Shown here: piece by piece, positions 40,073 through 52,558 of the stretch
Layout: the number at the start of each line of letters is the position of its first letter
Position numbering within the stretch: the stretch's first letter is position 1
From: Octopus sinensis
Taxonomy: Eukaryota
Direction: 5' to 3'
Assembly (NCBI RefSeq): GCF_006345805.1
Contig: NC_042999.1
Location: 127,782,001 to 127,846,000 of the forward strand
Length of the DNA stretch: 64,000 nucleotides
Made by a program: the position numbers and the translations under genes
The notes under the pieces: generated by a model
Told to the model about the DNA's origin: nothing
What the model saw: only the letters and a program-made list of their open reading frames with translations
Databases searched by the model: none

Positions 40073-43000
40073 GAAGTAGAGAAAGATAAGGTGAAAGGGA
40101 CTGGTAGAGAACGCTAAGTAGACAGACTTTCCAACAAAGTTGAAGAAAAGAACAAAAATAGATATACAGGTTAACAGGCACAAATAATCATTTGTTTCCA
40201 GAGGCTTGGTGGTGTAATTCACGTGCGCTAGAAACAGAAAAATTTAGTAATTTAATGCTGTTAAGGTTACTAGCATACTCGGATTAAGCGTTAAGCAAAA
40301 TAAGCAAAGTGAGCACGTACTAAGGGCATTAAAGAAAGGGAGCACGACAGGTATCCTTTTCTAGTGACAAATTTATCATGGAACAACGGTGCCACAAAAG
40401 TGATCTACAATAAATGGGGTGGGGAAACAAAGTATTAATAATTGTTGATAATTTTTACTTACAATCTTAACAATTTTTGAATTTTTTTTTGTGGTGCAGC
40501 TTTAATCGATTACATCGATCCCATTGGTTTGTACTTTATTTTATAAACTCCCAAAACAACGAAAGGCATTGTTGACCTCAGTAAAATTTGAATACAAAGC
40601 GTAAACAGCCAGAAGAAATACTGCAAAGCATTTTTTCCAACTTTCTAACAATTCATGATTCTGCCACCTAGCCACCTTAATGATTCTGCCACCTAGCCAC
40701 CTGAAGGAGCAGGGAGTCGGAATGGCCATGTCTTGAGCATTTTTGATTATGTTTGTTCAACTGGCTCTGACCTGGGGCAAAACAGCAGTTACTTCTGGTA
40801 CTAGATCTGTTCCTTTCTCTAAGAAAGACCTTTCAATTGAGAATTTTTTTGCGCATAGCATCCAGTACAACACTTCTCAATCGATCTTCCACATCATCAG
40901 TCATAAAGATATACTTCCGGTCACAGAATTATTTTCCAGATAGGTGAATTCTTGAGTCTAAAGTAACTCTTTATTGTCGTGGGTCTAAAATAAAAGTATT
41001 TGTACTTTTTATTCGTATATTTGGAGTAGACTTGACTTGTGTACAACCGAATGGATTATACAATGTCACAAAAGAATCATCAATATTGACAGACAATAGA
41101 TAGTTGAATGTAGATGGCTTTAGTATCTAGTTCAATGCCTCATAGTTCTTACTTCAAATCTATGTTGAAGTCGATTTTATTTTTCTTTACTTCGCGAAGC
41201 CGATAAAAGTCAGCAACCAGCAACAGACCGAGATCAAACTAATTGAGTATCTTTTCATCATCAAATGTTTTACTTCAAAATCAACAAAAATAAAAGGGTA
41301 ACTCAGATAGTTATATTTTATACATACATACATACATACATACATACATACATACATACATACAACATACATACATTCATACATACATACATACATACAT
41401 ACATACATACATACATACATACATACATACATACATACATACACACACATATATCTGAGAAAAAACTACAAAAAGGCACTCAACTTGACGCCAGGGAAAG
41501 ACACTATACATTATTAATGTTTTCATTTGGAATTAATTACCTGGTTTCTCACCAGTACTATTGAAATCCTTGCTTTGATATCAAGCATCAAGGTTATAAG
41601 ACATTTAGTTTCTGGGTAACCCACCAAATTATATCAGCAATTTATCTCGATTTTCACGACATTGTCCTACTTGATGCTTATTTTTTTTTTTCAAATTTCT
41701 CACTCATATGTGAAATCTCAGTAGTGAGTGGATAATCTGTTTAATATCTGTGTTGAAGTGTTCTCACTTTATATCTTGTTTCTAAGCATATATTTAAGTA
41801 TTCCCTCGTCCCGCAAACTCGGAGAATGGAGCAGGTGAGAATAAAGGAAGCTAATGGTTTGATGTAGAAAAAAATTGCTTCACAGTACCTGGATGACATA
41901 TTAGACTATCACAGGTTAAGTTTCTTAAGAATTAGTTTCTATTTATTAGCTAAAGTAAACTGAAAACCAATTGAGTTTTAATTGCCCAGCTAAGCAACAT
42001 AAAATGATTGAAGGTACAATAGACTCTAATAAACTGATATACATATAATTCGTGATACAGGCACTGCTTCCGGTATTTATTCTAGTTGTTTTTGCTCGAC
42101 ATTTCATTAATAAAGATCGTGACGAATACTGCAACCAACGAGTGGAAAATAATTGCATCACAGCACCTGAGTTAAGTCTGATCTCTACTGGAAGTTAGCA
42201 CAGTGCAGTTAAATAGCTGTGGTTAACTTTGTCGTTCATTACTCTCGGTGTTAAAAATATACCAGTGAGGTAACTCGAAAATATCTCGTTTTAACAAAAA
42301 CAAAAAAAAACTTATCTTGTTTGTCTAAAGAATCAATATTAGGGTCGTATAGCATGAGGTGTGTTCTCTACAAGTTGATTTTTTAACAATGCTTTAATCT
42401 CTGAAATGAGCCATTTCACATCACTTATTCCGTTGATGAATTTGGAAATTATATGAACGTTGTTAGTTCCCATCTCATTCTCCCTCTTCTGGAAAACTAA
42501 TTTTATACAGCAGTCAGTGAACGCTCTGTTCAAGCTATTTAATTTCAAATACTGAGAAAAGCATGAATACCATGGCTTCTTTCATCTAGCCTAGAGTTGC
42601 ATTTGGTCAAAATACTCCAATAATGTTAGCATTTAAAAAAAAATCTATATATCTATTAAAAATAATTGTGCCTTTATTGTTCCTTTATCTTAGGAGGGTC
42701 ATTATGCCAATCCAAAAACGAAATTTCTCTATTTTATATTTTATATGACACATACAATACAAACCTACATAAAAATACAAATCTAAAACCGAAGAAAACA
42801 CAAACATGGGCGAAAAAAAAAAAGAAAAAGAGAAAAAAAGAAGAAAGAAAGAAAAAGAAAGAAATAACATCAATTCAACACTAAGTGCCTCAATTGGTCG
42901 CACGCCACAAAGTTCAACGGAACCTACCGAAACAAACCAACACGCTTGCGACATAACCATGGGCGGTGGCGAGGCTAAGGCGTTGGAACAGCCAAGAAAC

Positions 43001-43414
43001 CCCATGGGCATCACCTGACACGTCGGAGCTGGCAGAAACGTTAGCATGCCGGGCAAAATGCGTAACCGTATTTCGTCTGCCGTTACGTTCTGAGTTACGT
43101 TCCGCCGAAGTAGACTTTGCCTTTTATCCTTTCGGGGTCGATTAAATAAGTACCAGTTACACACTGGGGTCGATATAATCGACTTAATCCGTTTGTCTGT
43201 CCTTGTTTGTCCTCTCTGTGTTTAGCCCCTTGTGGGTAGTAAAGAAATAGATATTTAATCACTTTTGAAAAAGTAGTTCTAAATGTTAGTTAATTTGTCG
43301 TATGCTTTCTATGTCTAACTATTCCAAGTTGATAACGTTTTGATAGTTTTTGTATGATGGTAGACAATTATCAACAAATACATTTCTTTCACATGATATT
43401 CTTTTTTATTCTAG

Positions 43415-43554
43415 GATGTATGCAACACTCAAAGGGTCAGTATCTATTTATATACTGCCAGAAATGGAAGAAAACGTTTGTCAATATCTTGATCGAATTT
43501 GTTCAAAACCTAAGCCAGAAAGAAATCTTTTCGGACAACATATTTTTTCCCAGC
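43415..43554 (+). CDS. CNB gene exon 3 (MYATLKGSVSIYILPEMEENVCQYLDRICSKPKPERNLFGQHIFSQ)
   Basis: Acceptor ttttttattctag|, donor |gtaagt, phase 2 to 1. YxxLKGSVSIY is CNB beta3-beta4. Confidence 0.9.
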
Positions 43555-44657
43555 GTAAGTTTTATTATGCTCTTTATTTTGGGATGTTTAATGTCTTGAA
43601 TCTGTGTGAATGTCTGTAACGTCGACAAAGAATTATAGATATCTATTTGCAACATATTTTATCTGTTAGTCTGGAGTCCAACGGGAAATGCCAATAAACT
43701 TTTAAAGGCCTCATTGATGTGTGATAATGAGATCAATGTTTACTTTTATTCAAATGCAATAAATCATTGTAGACAAATAGACTGACGTTTTGAGTAATAC
43801 TTTTCGGTAAAAGGAGGATTTGTTTTAATGGTTGTAGTAGTACTGAGAGAGTAATTTTGAAGTTTATGTGGATGAGGAAACAGATTCGCGAGAAGAATTA
43901 GTAGAGAGGAAAATAGCCAAGTGTAAAGAGTGTTAATAGGAGGTCAAAGCCCAGAGTAGTAAAACAAAATGTGGACGACGGATGAGTAATATCCTAAACA
44001 CGAGGATGTGTATCAGTATGCGCATGTGCACATTAATATGAACGTTTGCGAATGTAAAAGATTGGAAGGAGTGTGGGAAACATATTAGAAAAAAGAAACT
44101 GTTATAGTTAGAGGTGTCAAACTCTTTTGATTCTGGGGGCTGGATGGGCAATGACTATTATTCCTAAAAACTCTAGGCCAAAGAAAATAAAGGGATTAAA
44201 ATACATTATAACAAATTTATTGACATTAAAGAACAGAAAGAATATGTAATGGGCGTATGTGGTTCTCACGTCGGAGTTACTAATTGTAGCGTACAGATGA
44301 AAAGTTACTTGATGTAGAAATGGAAATTCTTGTTCTGCGTCGGGGTCACTATATGTGGATGGTCGAAAGTAGGATGAGACAGCGTAATAACAACATCGAA
44401 GAGAAAAGTATAATATTCGCAGATTTTATTTGCCTGCAGAAGTAGTCAGTATAACAAACATAGCCGTAATAGTTTTGGTGACAATCAATGTTGTTGCTCA
44501 CGCGCTCTTAGTGTGTGTTGAAAACTGTGTGTGGAAGCCAAGTTAACGGTTGCTGACAGCGAGGAAAAAGGATAAGAATTGCGTTGTCCCTTTCCATTCG
44601 GCCGATGCTTTCGGTTAGCCAGATGAAAACTGAAGACAAAGAGACACACAGATAGAG

Positions 44658-44712
<55 letters not shown>

Positions 44713-47700
44713 ATAGAGACAGACGGGCAAACAGACAGGCAGACAGAGATTCCATATTCTCAGTTAGTCGGTTGAAATCCAAAGAGAAAGAAGCAAATCC
44801 TTCAATCGGTTATATAAAGTTCGGCTAAGAAGTAGGCCAAACCGAAAACAATTGATTGACCTTTCCACGACCACCGAGCGTCTTCGGATGTCAGGTGTTT
44901 CTCATTAATCTCCTAGCATAGAGATAAAACACGAAGCATCAGATTTTCGTCTGACAAGCAACAGGTGTGTAGATTCGTTTTCGAACCTTCAGCTGCACTA
45001 GTCTACTCTCCGTAGAGAATTTCTAAAACCAAAAAAAAAAAAAAAACCCGACGATCTAGGGAAAGAGAGTTAAAGGAAAATGCGTGTAGAGAAGGCCAAG
45101 AGAGTGCATGTTTACAAATATACAGGACGTGTGCGAGATTGGAGTGAATACGTAATGGTACAAAATATACAGTGTTTTCATTTCAGAACAGCCATGAATG
45201 AAAACAACTGTAGGAATGTACACTGTGCAAAAATGTGAAAAGAACATTAAGAGTTGTGAAAAGTATGAAGCATTTTGTTGCAGATGAATGTGATGCAAAG
45301 CCGAGAAAAATCGTAAATTTCAGGAGAGAGAATCATGTGGTCGTATTCGGGACAGGTACCTATTCGAGCGAGTCCGAATAGTTCAGTGTCGCTTTACATG
45401 CAAATTGTGGAGTCAGTGCATCACTGGGGCAGCGTTGAATGAGCGTGTGCATGAGTTGCATATACATGAGCGACAGAATTGTGCAGCTGCGAATGGAGCT
45501 GAGGCGAGTGAGTGAGTGCATTCTCAATCCATGATATGAGGTGAAAGTTTTCAGGCAGGTGTGCATGCAGTGAGAAATGTCTTGAAAGAAGTGCAGGGTC
45601 GAAATGAGCCTGGGGTTGTGGTTGTGGGCATTTGCTGTGTTTAAGCAAGAACTACGAAGCATAGCATGCTGGCGCATTGAGAGAGACAGGCAAACTTTCT
45701 CTTTGTCTACCATGACCGACCTGTAATCTTACAGAGGCAAATTATGTCTGAAAAGAAGGGCGCAGAGAGCATGATGAGACATCCGATGTGTGAAGAGTCA
45801 GGTAAAGGAGCTGAGCAGGTACAGACATGATGAAACAAGGCATTTAAGGCACAATACTGAGGTGCGTGTATGTAGCTGGGTGCAGGCATACAAGCATGTG
45901 CGTATGAACGTTGAATAGTACAGTAAAGTTTAACCGAGCTGCGAAACATTAAAAATATTTACAAGAAAACATGTAGCGAGAAAAAAAAAACATGTAATCG
46001 AAAGGAGTGTACAACCCGTGTGCATGAAAAATGAACATGTGGTCAGAGAGAATACACTAAAAAAAAAAAGAGAACATTATAAAAATATATGCACATGGAT
46101 TAGTTGCTTTCGCAGAATGAGTCGTCGCGGAAATGAATTGTCGCAGAATTGAGTCATCGCGGTATTGAGTTATCATGGAAATGAGTGTATTACATGTAAA
46201 CAAATAAAAAGTTTTCAGAGCAGAAAACATAGCTGAAAGTCAGTCCTTTAGTTGCTATTCACAACCTTCTCAGTGACTTGTTCTCTTGCTCCAAGGTCTG
46301 CTCTGATACTCAGAAAAGTCGCGAATAGCGACGAAAGAACATTTGACTAACAAACAACCGATTGATAGTTTTTGTTGTGACCCCCTTCGGTCATGAATGA
46401 CCATGGAATTGCACCTAGAAAGTTAACCTCCGAGGCACAAGTCTGGGCAAGGTTGTTTATGGAAGACCAGCAGTCGCCCACGCATACCAGCCTCCTCTCT
46501 CCACACCACCGATGTTATCCAAGGGAAAGACAAAGGCCGATACAGCTTGGCACCAGTGATGTCGCAGCTCATTTATTAACGTGCAAGTGGCTGAACACTC
46601 CACAGACACGTGCACCCTTAACGTAGTTCTCGGGGAGATTCAGCGTGACACAGAGTGTGACAAGGCTGGCCCTTTGAAATACAGGTACAACAGAAACAGG
46701 AAGAGAGAATGAGAGAAAGTTGTGGTGAAAGAGTACAGCAGAGTTCACCACCACCTGCCGGAGCGTCGTGGAGCTTTAGGTGTTTTCGCTCAATAAACAC
46801 TCATAATGCCCGGTCTGGGAATCGAAACCGCGATCCTACGACCGCGAGTCCGCTGTCCTAACCACTGGGCCATTGCGCCTCCAGCACGTTAATCATACGA
46901 TCGATTAGTTAGTTTGTTAAATAATTAACTAATTGACTAACAGTGAAGAAGTTATATTGAACCAGTGCGTGTGTTATTATTATTGGCGTAATGACCCTCC
47001 TAAGACACTAGATAATTATAAGATTCTGCCAAAAACTTTAGCTAAGACAAACGAGTCATCTAATATTGTCTACCTGCATTTTTTTTTCATCTGACAAAAC
47101 GAAATGCATTTTTGTCGTAGGTCATTAATTTAGGGTTAATTAAATCATCCAGTCTTTGTCAATTAAGCAATAGCCCCTTTGTCGTGTTCTACTTTGCTCT
47201 TCTCTTTATTTCTGTTTTCATTTATTTAATTTTCTATCTTTGTTTACTTTCTCCTCTTTCTTCTTTCCTTTGTGCATTGCCTTCATTCTACCCCTCAATC
47301 TAGTTTACTTCCAAGTCGTGTGTCACTTTCTCCTTTTACTTTCTCAAAAGTGCCGAAGGAAGGATAAACTATCAATTTCACATGAACTCAACTCAAACTG
47401 CAGGTTACAACTTTATGCTTGTATTGCCATGTTCACCATGTTTTATGTTCGTAAAACGACAGGATCAAATATGTATTCGTCATAATATAATGCAATAAAT
47501 AATTTAAATGAGAAGTACGTAGAGTAATAAATAACAAAACAGGAGTGGGGAGTATGTGAGTTTGGATTTTAACACGATAACTTTCTTATAACTGAAGTGA
47601 TCATATGACGGCGGTTCCCAAACATTTTCTTCCCCCGCTGCGGACAAATTTCATGTAAACCAATTTTTTCCACCGACCTGAATATCACGCGCCGCTCATT

Positions 47701-47810
47701 GAAAAACACAATAAAGTGCATAATAAATTATTTTAATTATTACTTGTGTGTGTTTGTGTGTGAGTGTGTTTGTGTGTGTGAGTGTGCATGTTTGTGTGCA
47801 TACACACATA

Positions 47811-47855
<45 letters not shown>

Positions 47856-47909
47856 TATATATATACATACATACATACATATATATATTACCAATATGTA
47901 TGTATGTAT

Positions 47910-47999
<90 letters not shown>

Positions 48000-48199
48000 T
48001 ATATATATGAAAGAAGGTTTGGAAATGCAATTTTAAAAGACCGGTTTGACTGTTTTAGAAAAAGATTGTCAAAAGTAAAATGTAAAAACTTTGTTGTGTT
48101 AAGTACTGGTTGTCACCAAATATTACAATACATATATACATTCTTTCATAAAAATAAGAAAATGTTAAAAACAGTTTGCAAGGAAACCTGCTGCTTTTT

Positions 48200-48445
48200 T
48201 TTGCCAAGATTTTGGCAAAATTTGATGCAAATTCTCTGCTCTACTTTCTCTGTCATGGTCAATGCGACGATCACATACTACACACCTTCCTTCCAAGCAC
48301 GGCTGTAAACAGCGGAAGTGAGCTAGAACATTAAAACTTACTGCGTGTGCACAACAGAGTTCAAGGCCAATCTGTGCCAAGCGGCTTCACTCTGCGTGCT
48401 TTTTCTATGGAAACAGTGCGATATTTATTGATCAGACCACGCATA
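48200..48445. mobile_element. Solo right arm of the mariner-derived element at 51289-52183
   Basis: ttgccaag.ttttggcaaaatttgatgca...acaccttccttccaagcac...atcagaccacg matches 51930-52183. Confidence 0.85.
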
Positions 48446-48483
48446 CATACATGCATACATACATACATACATACATACATACA

Positions 48484-48515
<32 letters not shown>

Positions 48516-48721
48516 CATGCATATATATGTGTGTGTGTGTGTGAGTGTGAGTGTATTTTTTCAATGTGTACAAATAACACGTAAAAAATAGATAAACGGT
48601 TACAGGGTACCAAAAATTAACATAAGTGCCAAGGATATTACAGCCTACTTATAATGGTAGAAAGTCCAGGGTTTAGTGAAATGTTTTTGTTAACATTGAT
48701 AAATTAAGAAATGGAGTTAAA

Positions 48722-49367
48722 CGCAGCTGTTATTCAAATCTTTGTACTTCCGATATATGTTCCGAAGAAAACACTGATATTATTCCGGAGGGAATAAAAT
48801 GATGTAAAGCAATGCAATCACCTCGTCAGGAAAAGAAATAAATAGACCACTTTAACCGAATGTGATTACCGCGTATATGATGAAGGGGAACGCTGGCAAG
48901 TTATTTTTTAAAAAACAGTTGATAGATTTAACGTCAAAGTCAAGTTAGAGAAAGAGAAGGAAGAGAAAGAAAGAAATTAACAGAAAATTAAGAGCGGAAA
49001 AATATAGAGCGGTAGATGAATGGGAATAAAATTTACTATATATATTTCCACGTTTTCAAACTTTATTCCCATTCATCTATCGCACTATATTTCTCCACTC
49101 TTCATTTCCTGATAATTTCTTTTTTTCTCCTCCTTCTCTTTCTCTAAATTGCCTTTGACATTAAATCTATTAACAGTTTTAAAAAAATAATAACTTGCCA
49201 GCGTAATCACTTTCAGTTAAAATGGCTTATTGATGTGTTTTGTCTCTCTTTTTTTTCACCCGACAAGATGATAGCATTGTTTTACATCATTTTAATCCCT
49301 CCAGAATAATATCAATGTTTTCTTCGAAACATATGTCGGAAATATAAAGATTTGAATAACACCTGCG
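48722..49367. repeat. ~646-bp imperfect palindrome (arms ~300 bp, 31-nt loop)
   Basis: cgcag.tgttattcaaatcttt at the left end is mirrored at the right end; gatgaatgggaataaa / tttattcccattcatc flank the loop. Confidence 0.9.
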
Positions 49368-49486
49368 AGGTCGACTTTGCCTCTCATCCTTTCGGGTTAA
49401 TAAAATAAGTACCAGTTGAGAGTAATCTATTCATCTCCTTCCCCAAGTTTTCAGGCCTTGTGCCTATAGTAGAAACGATTCTTCTT

Positions 49487-49579
<93 letters not shown>

Positions 49580-51288
49580 TTCTGTCAACTTTAACACACT
49601 GTCAACAGGATTTACTAGTAGGAGAACAACGATAAGCTACAGGTGGCGTATATATAAAATCACTATTATTTACCGTGATTTCATATCTACAAAATCTCAA
49701 CTACGACATTTATAGAATGAGTTATCACCACGTCGCAGCTGATGGAGAATAGAAAAATAAATCAAGATATCTGAAAGTCAAAGATTCTAACACAACATTG
49801 CCATACTAATTATTTACTATGATTTGGCGATCTAGTTCTCTATTTTATACCATTTTGTCGGCCGTACATTGCTTCGAGTCTTACAAAGTTAGACTGATGT
49901 CAACCATTTAACTTCAAATATTTTTAGAAATTTCTAAGTTATTTCATCCTCAAAACTATAGTTTTTTTTTTTGATGAATGAATGAGTGAAAAATACTGTG
50001 TAACATTTTTTTTTGTCTTTGGTCAGTAAGTGTTATTTTCTATTTGCTTCTACCAAGATATCAAAGGAAATGACTACTATTCCCTTCAAACTTTGTTTTT
50101 GTGACCTGGACATCAAGGTTTTGAAACTGACCTCTTTTCCATTACATTTCAGACAGATTCAGCGCTGAGTTGCTGAAGCAGAAATATCATTATAGCAAAT
50201 ATTCTGCTCAATACCTCAGATTTGCTTGTCAGTTGCTTGACCATAATCACTTGAGCATGTTCCTTTGTGACTGACAATATGTGCATCACTGATCACGAGC
50301 AAGAGTAATGAGAGTGCATCATAGCCATGTGTTGAGAATGATTCTTTGGAGTTTGAATAAATGTAAGAAAAGCAAAGTTTGAAGGAAATATTAACAATTT
50401 TTCATAGTTTCTAGGAGTAAGCAAATAGGTAATAACAGTTGCTACCTAAGAACAAAAGATCCTGTTACAGAGTGTAATCAAATTATCTCCTTATGTATGT
50501 GGCAGAGTATTTTACGTGATGTAACCTATAAGCAGAATTAGTGTGACTGTTTATAACAAGGCTGGTCTTTTGATATGCTAGTGCAGTCCATCCGATAGGC
50601 ATTCGCCCAGTTTCTGTCAGCGCAATTTCACTTACAACGCTTAGGTCGACTCGGGGGGTATGGTAGAAGACGTTTGCACAAGGTACTGGGCAGTGGTACC
50701 TCACTGAGAAGCAAACGTCTTAAGTATTTGACCATACATCTATACATTTCTTTCTACTATAGGTACAGGGCTTGCAATTTTGAGGGAGGGGGGGTAATCG
50801 TTTACTTCGTCCCGAGGATGCGATTTCTGGTGGTTTTCGGTACATGAGAAAGTCCGGAGGCGGTGAAATTGGCTTTGCTTGTTCGTCCAGGTATCCCACG
50901 TAACTTGCAGTCAATATTCCTTAAATCACTAGCTGTCACAGTCTTGGAGGTCCCGCAATCGGATCGTTTCTTCTTTTGTGCTCATGCGGCTAAATAATTC
51001 ATTATGTCGATAAATGTTATAATATTATTATGGTTTTCTGTTAAATATATACTCAGCATATACTTAACATGTATCGTTACCCTTCATTTTCTGGAAAAAT
51101 ATAAATGTCTAGATGATGATGATGATGATGACAATGACTGATGATGATGAGGCGGAGGAATAGGAGGAGGAGGACGAGGACGATGACGACGATGACTTCG
51201 AGATTTTCTGTTGAAAGAAATGGTTTGCTAGCTACCAATTGTCAAAAGTTTTATGTTGTCATAAGTTTTATGTTTCTTTTATAGAATA

Positions 51289-52183
51289 TACGAGGTATAA
51301 TCAATAAATATCTGGATTGTTGCCATAGTAACGAAGCTAAAGCGCGCAGAGTGAAGACACATGGCGCAGACTGACCTTGAACTCTGCTGTGTATGCTCAC
51401 TAAGTTTTAACGTTCTAACTCACTTCCGATGTTTACAGCAGTGCTTGGAAGGAAGGTGTGCAGCGTGTGATCGTCGCGTTGACCATGACAGAGAAAGTTG
51501 TCATGGTGATACCTGCTCAGAGGCCTTCACAAAATTGCAGAAAGTGTATGGAGAGGAGTGTATGAGCCGCATACAAGTGTACGAGTGGTTCAGACGTTTC
51601 CAAGATTGCCAAAAAATGTCGCTATTGACGAACGTTCTGGGAGATCCGCAACCAGCAGAACTGAGAAAAACATTGCAGATATGCGTGTAGCTGTGAGGGA
51701 AAATCGTCGAATCATCATCCGTAAGTCATCGGAGAATGTGCAGATTAGATACAGTTCAGTTCAGTCCATTATCACTGAAGATTTAAGTATGAGACGCGTG
51801 TATGCCAAGTTTGTGTCAAAACTGCTTTCAGCTGACCAAAAAGACACTCGGGTTTCAGTTGTACATCTCCTTGATTGTGTCGAGAACGATGAAAATTTTT
51901 TGAAAACTTTGCGTAGGCCTCTGATCAGGTATTGCCAAGCTTTTGGCAAAATTTGATGCAGACTCCCTGCTCAACTTTCTCTGTTATCTTCAATGCGACG
52001 ATCATACGCTACACACCTTCCTTCCAAGCACTGCTGTAAACATCGGAAGTGAGCTAGAAAGTTAAAACTTAGTGCGCATGCACAGCAGAATTCAAGGTCA
52101 ATCTGTGCCAGGTAGCTTCAATCTGCAGGCTTTAGCTTCGTTACTATGGCTACAGTCCGTATACTTATTAATCAGACCACGTA
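51289..52183 (+). mobile_element. Non-autonomous mariner with ~210-bp inverted termini and an internal N-terminal transposase fragment
   Basis: TACGAGG...CCACGTA with TA at both ends. LQKVYGEECMSRIQVYEWFRRF, DERSGR and RRVYAKFVSKLL (WVPHEL-equivalent); no DDD domain. Confidence 0.9.
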
Positions 52184-52251
52184 TAACAGTTAGCTGAAGT
52201 ACACTGATTTGTAATTGAATAAACATCGGTCTTTGTTTTTCTGGTTCACAG

Positions 52252-52558
52252 AAGAAGGATTTGTGTTTGGTGATGTGGCATTGATACGTGACTGTACACG
52301 AACGGCGTCAGTATTGGCAGATGAAGAATGCGATCTTCTTGTTCTGAATCGACTCCTTTATAACCGTACTGTACGAGAAGTACTCAATTTAGAATGGCAA
52401 GAAAAAACACAATTTGTCTTAAGAAATCCTATTTTCAAAGAATGGTCACCCAAACATCGTAAACAACTGGTTATCTCTCTACGGAAGGAATCATATCAGT
52501 TTGGAGCAGTTATTGCCAGACAGGGGCAACCCGTTCAAAACATATATTTCATATTAAA
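52252..52558 (+). CDS. CNB gene exon 4: phosphate-binding cassette of CNB-A and start of CNB-B
   Basis: Acceptor ggttcacag|, donor |gtaagt, phase 1 to 2. Reads EGFVFGDVALIRDCTRTASVLADEECDLLVL ... VIARQGQPVQNIYFIL. Confidence 0.93.

Noticed and set aside
12499-40702. Small tandem duplications (~37 bp at 12499-12563, ~24 bp at 40656-40702, and the 1691-1775 pair)
   Set aside because: Ordinary slippage products with no further structure.
41790-41834. Alternative phase-2 donor (GGAGCAG|GTGAGA) as a candidate exon before exon 3
   Set aside because: No clear acceptor and no CNB motif. Exon 22948-23035 supplies the expected QGDxGD and the correct phase.
46103-46189. Short regularly spaced repeats as a CRISPR-like array
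   Set aside because: Contiguous 16-bp tandem units without unique spacers, in a eukaryotic context.
46810-46883. tRNA-Arg(TCG)-like cloverleaf on the minus strand, and similar heads at 4370, 5788 and 59210
   Set aside because: Acceptor stems are imperfect and each continues into a repeated SINE body, so these are SINE heads, not tRNA genes.
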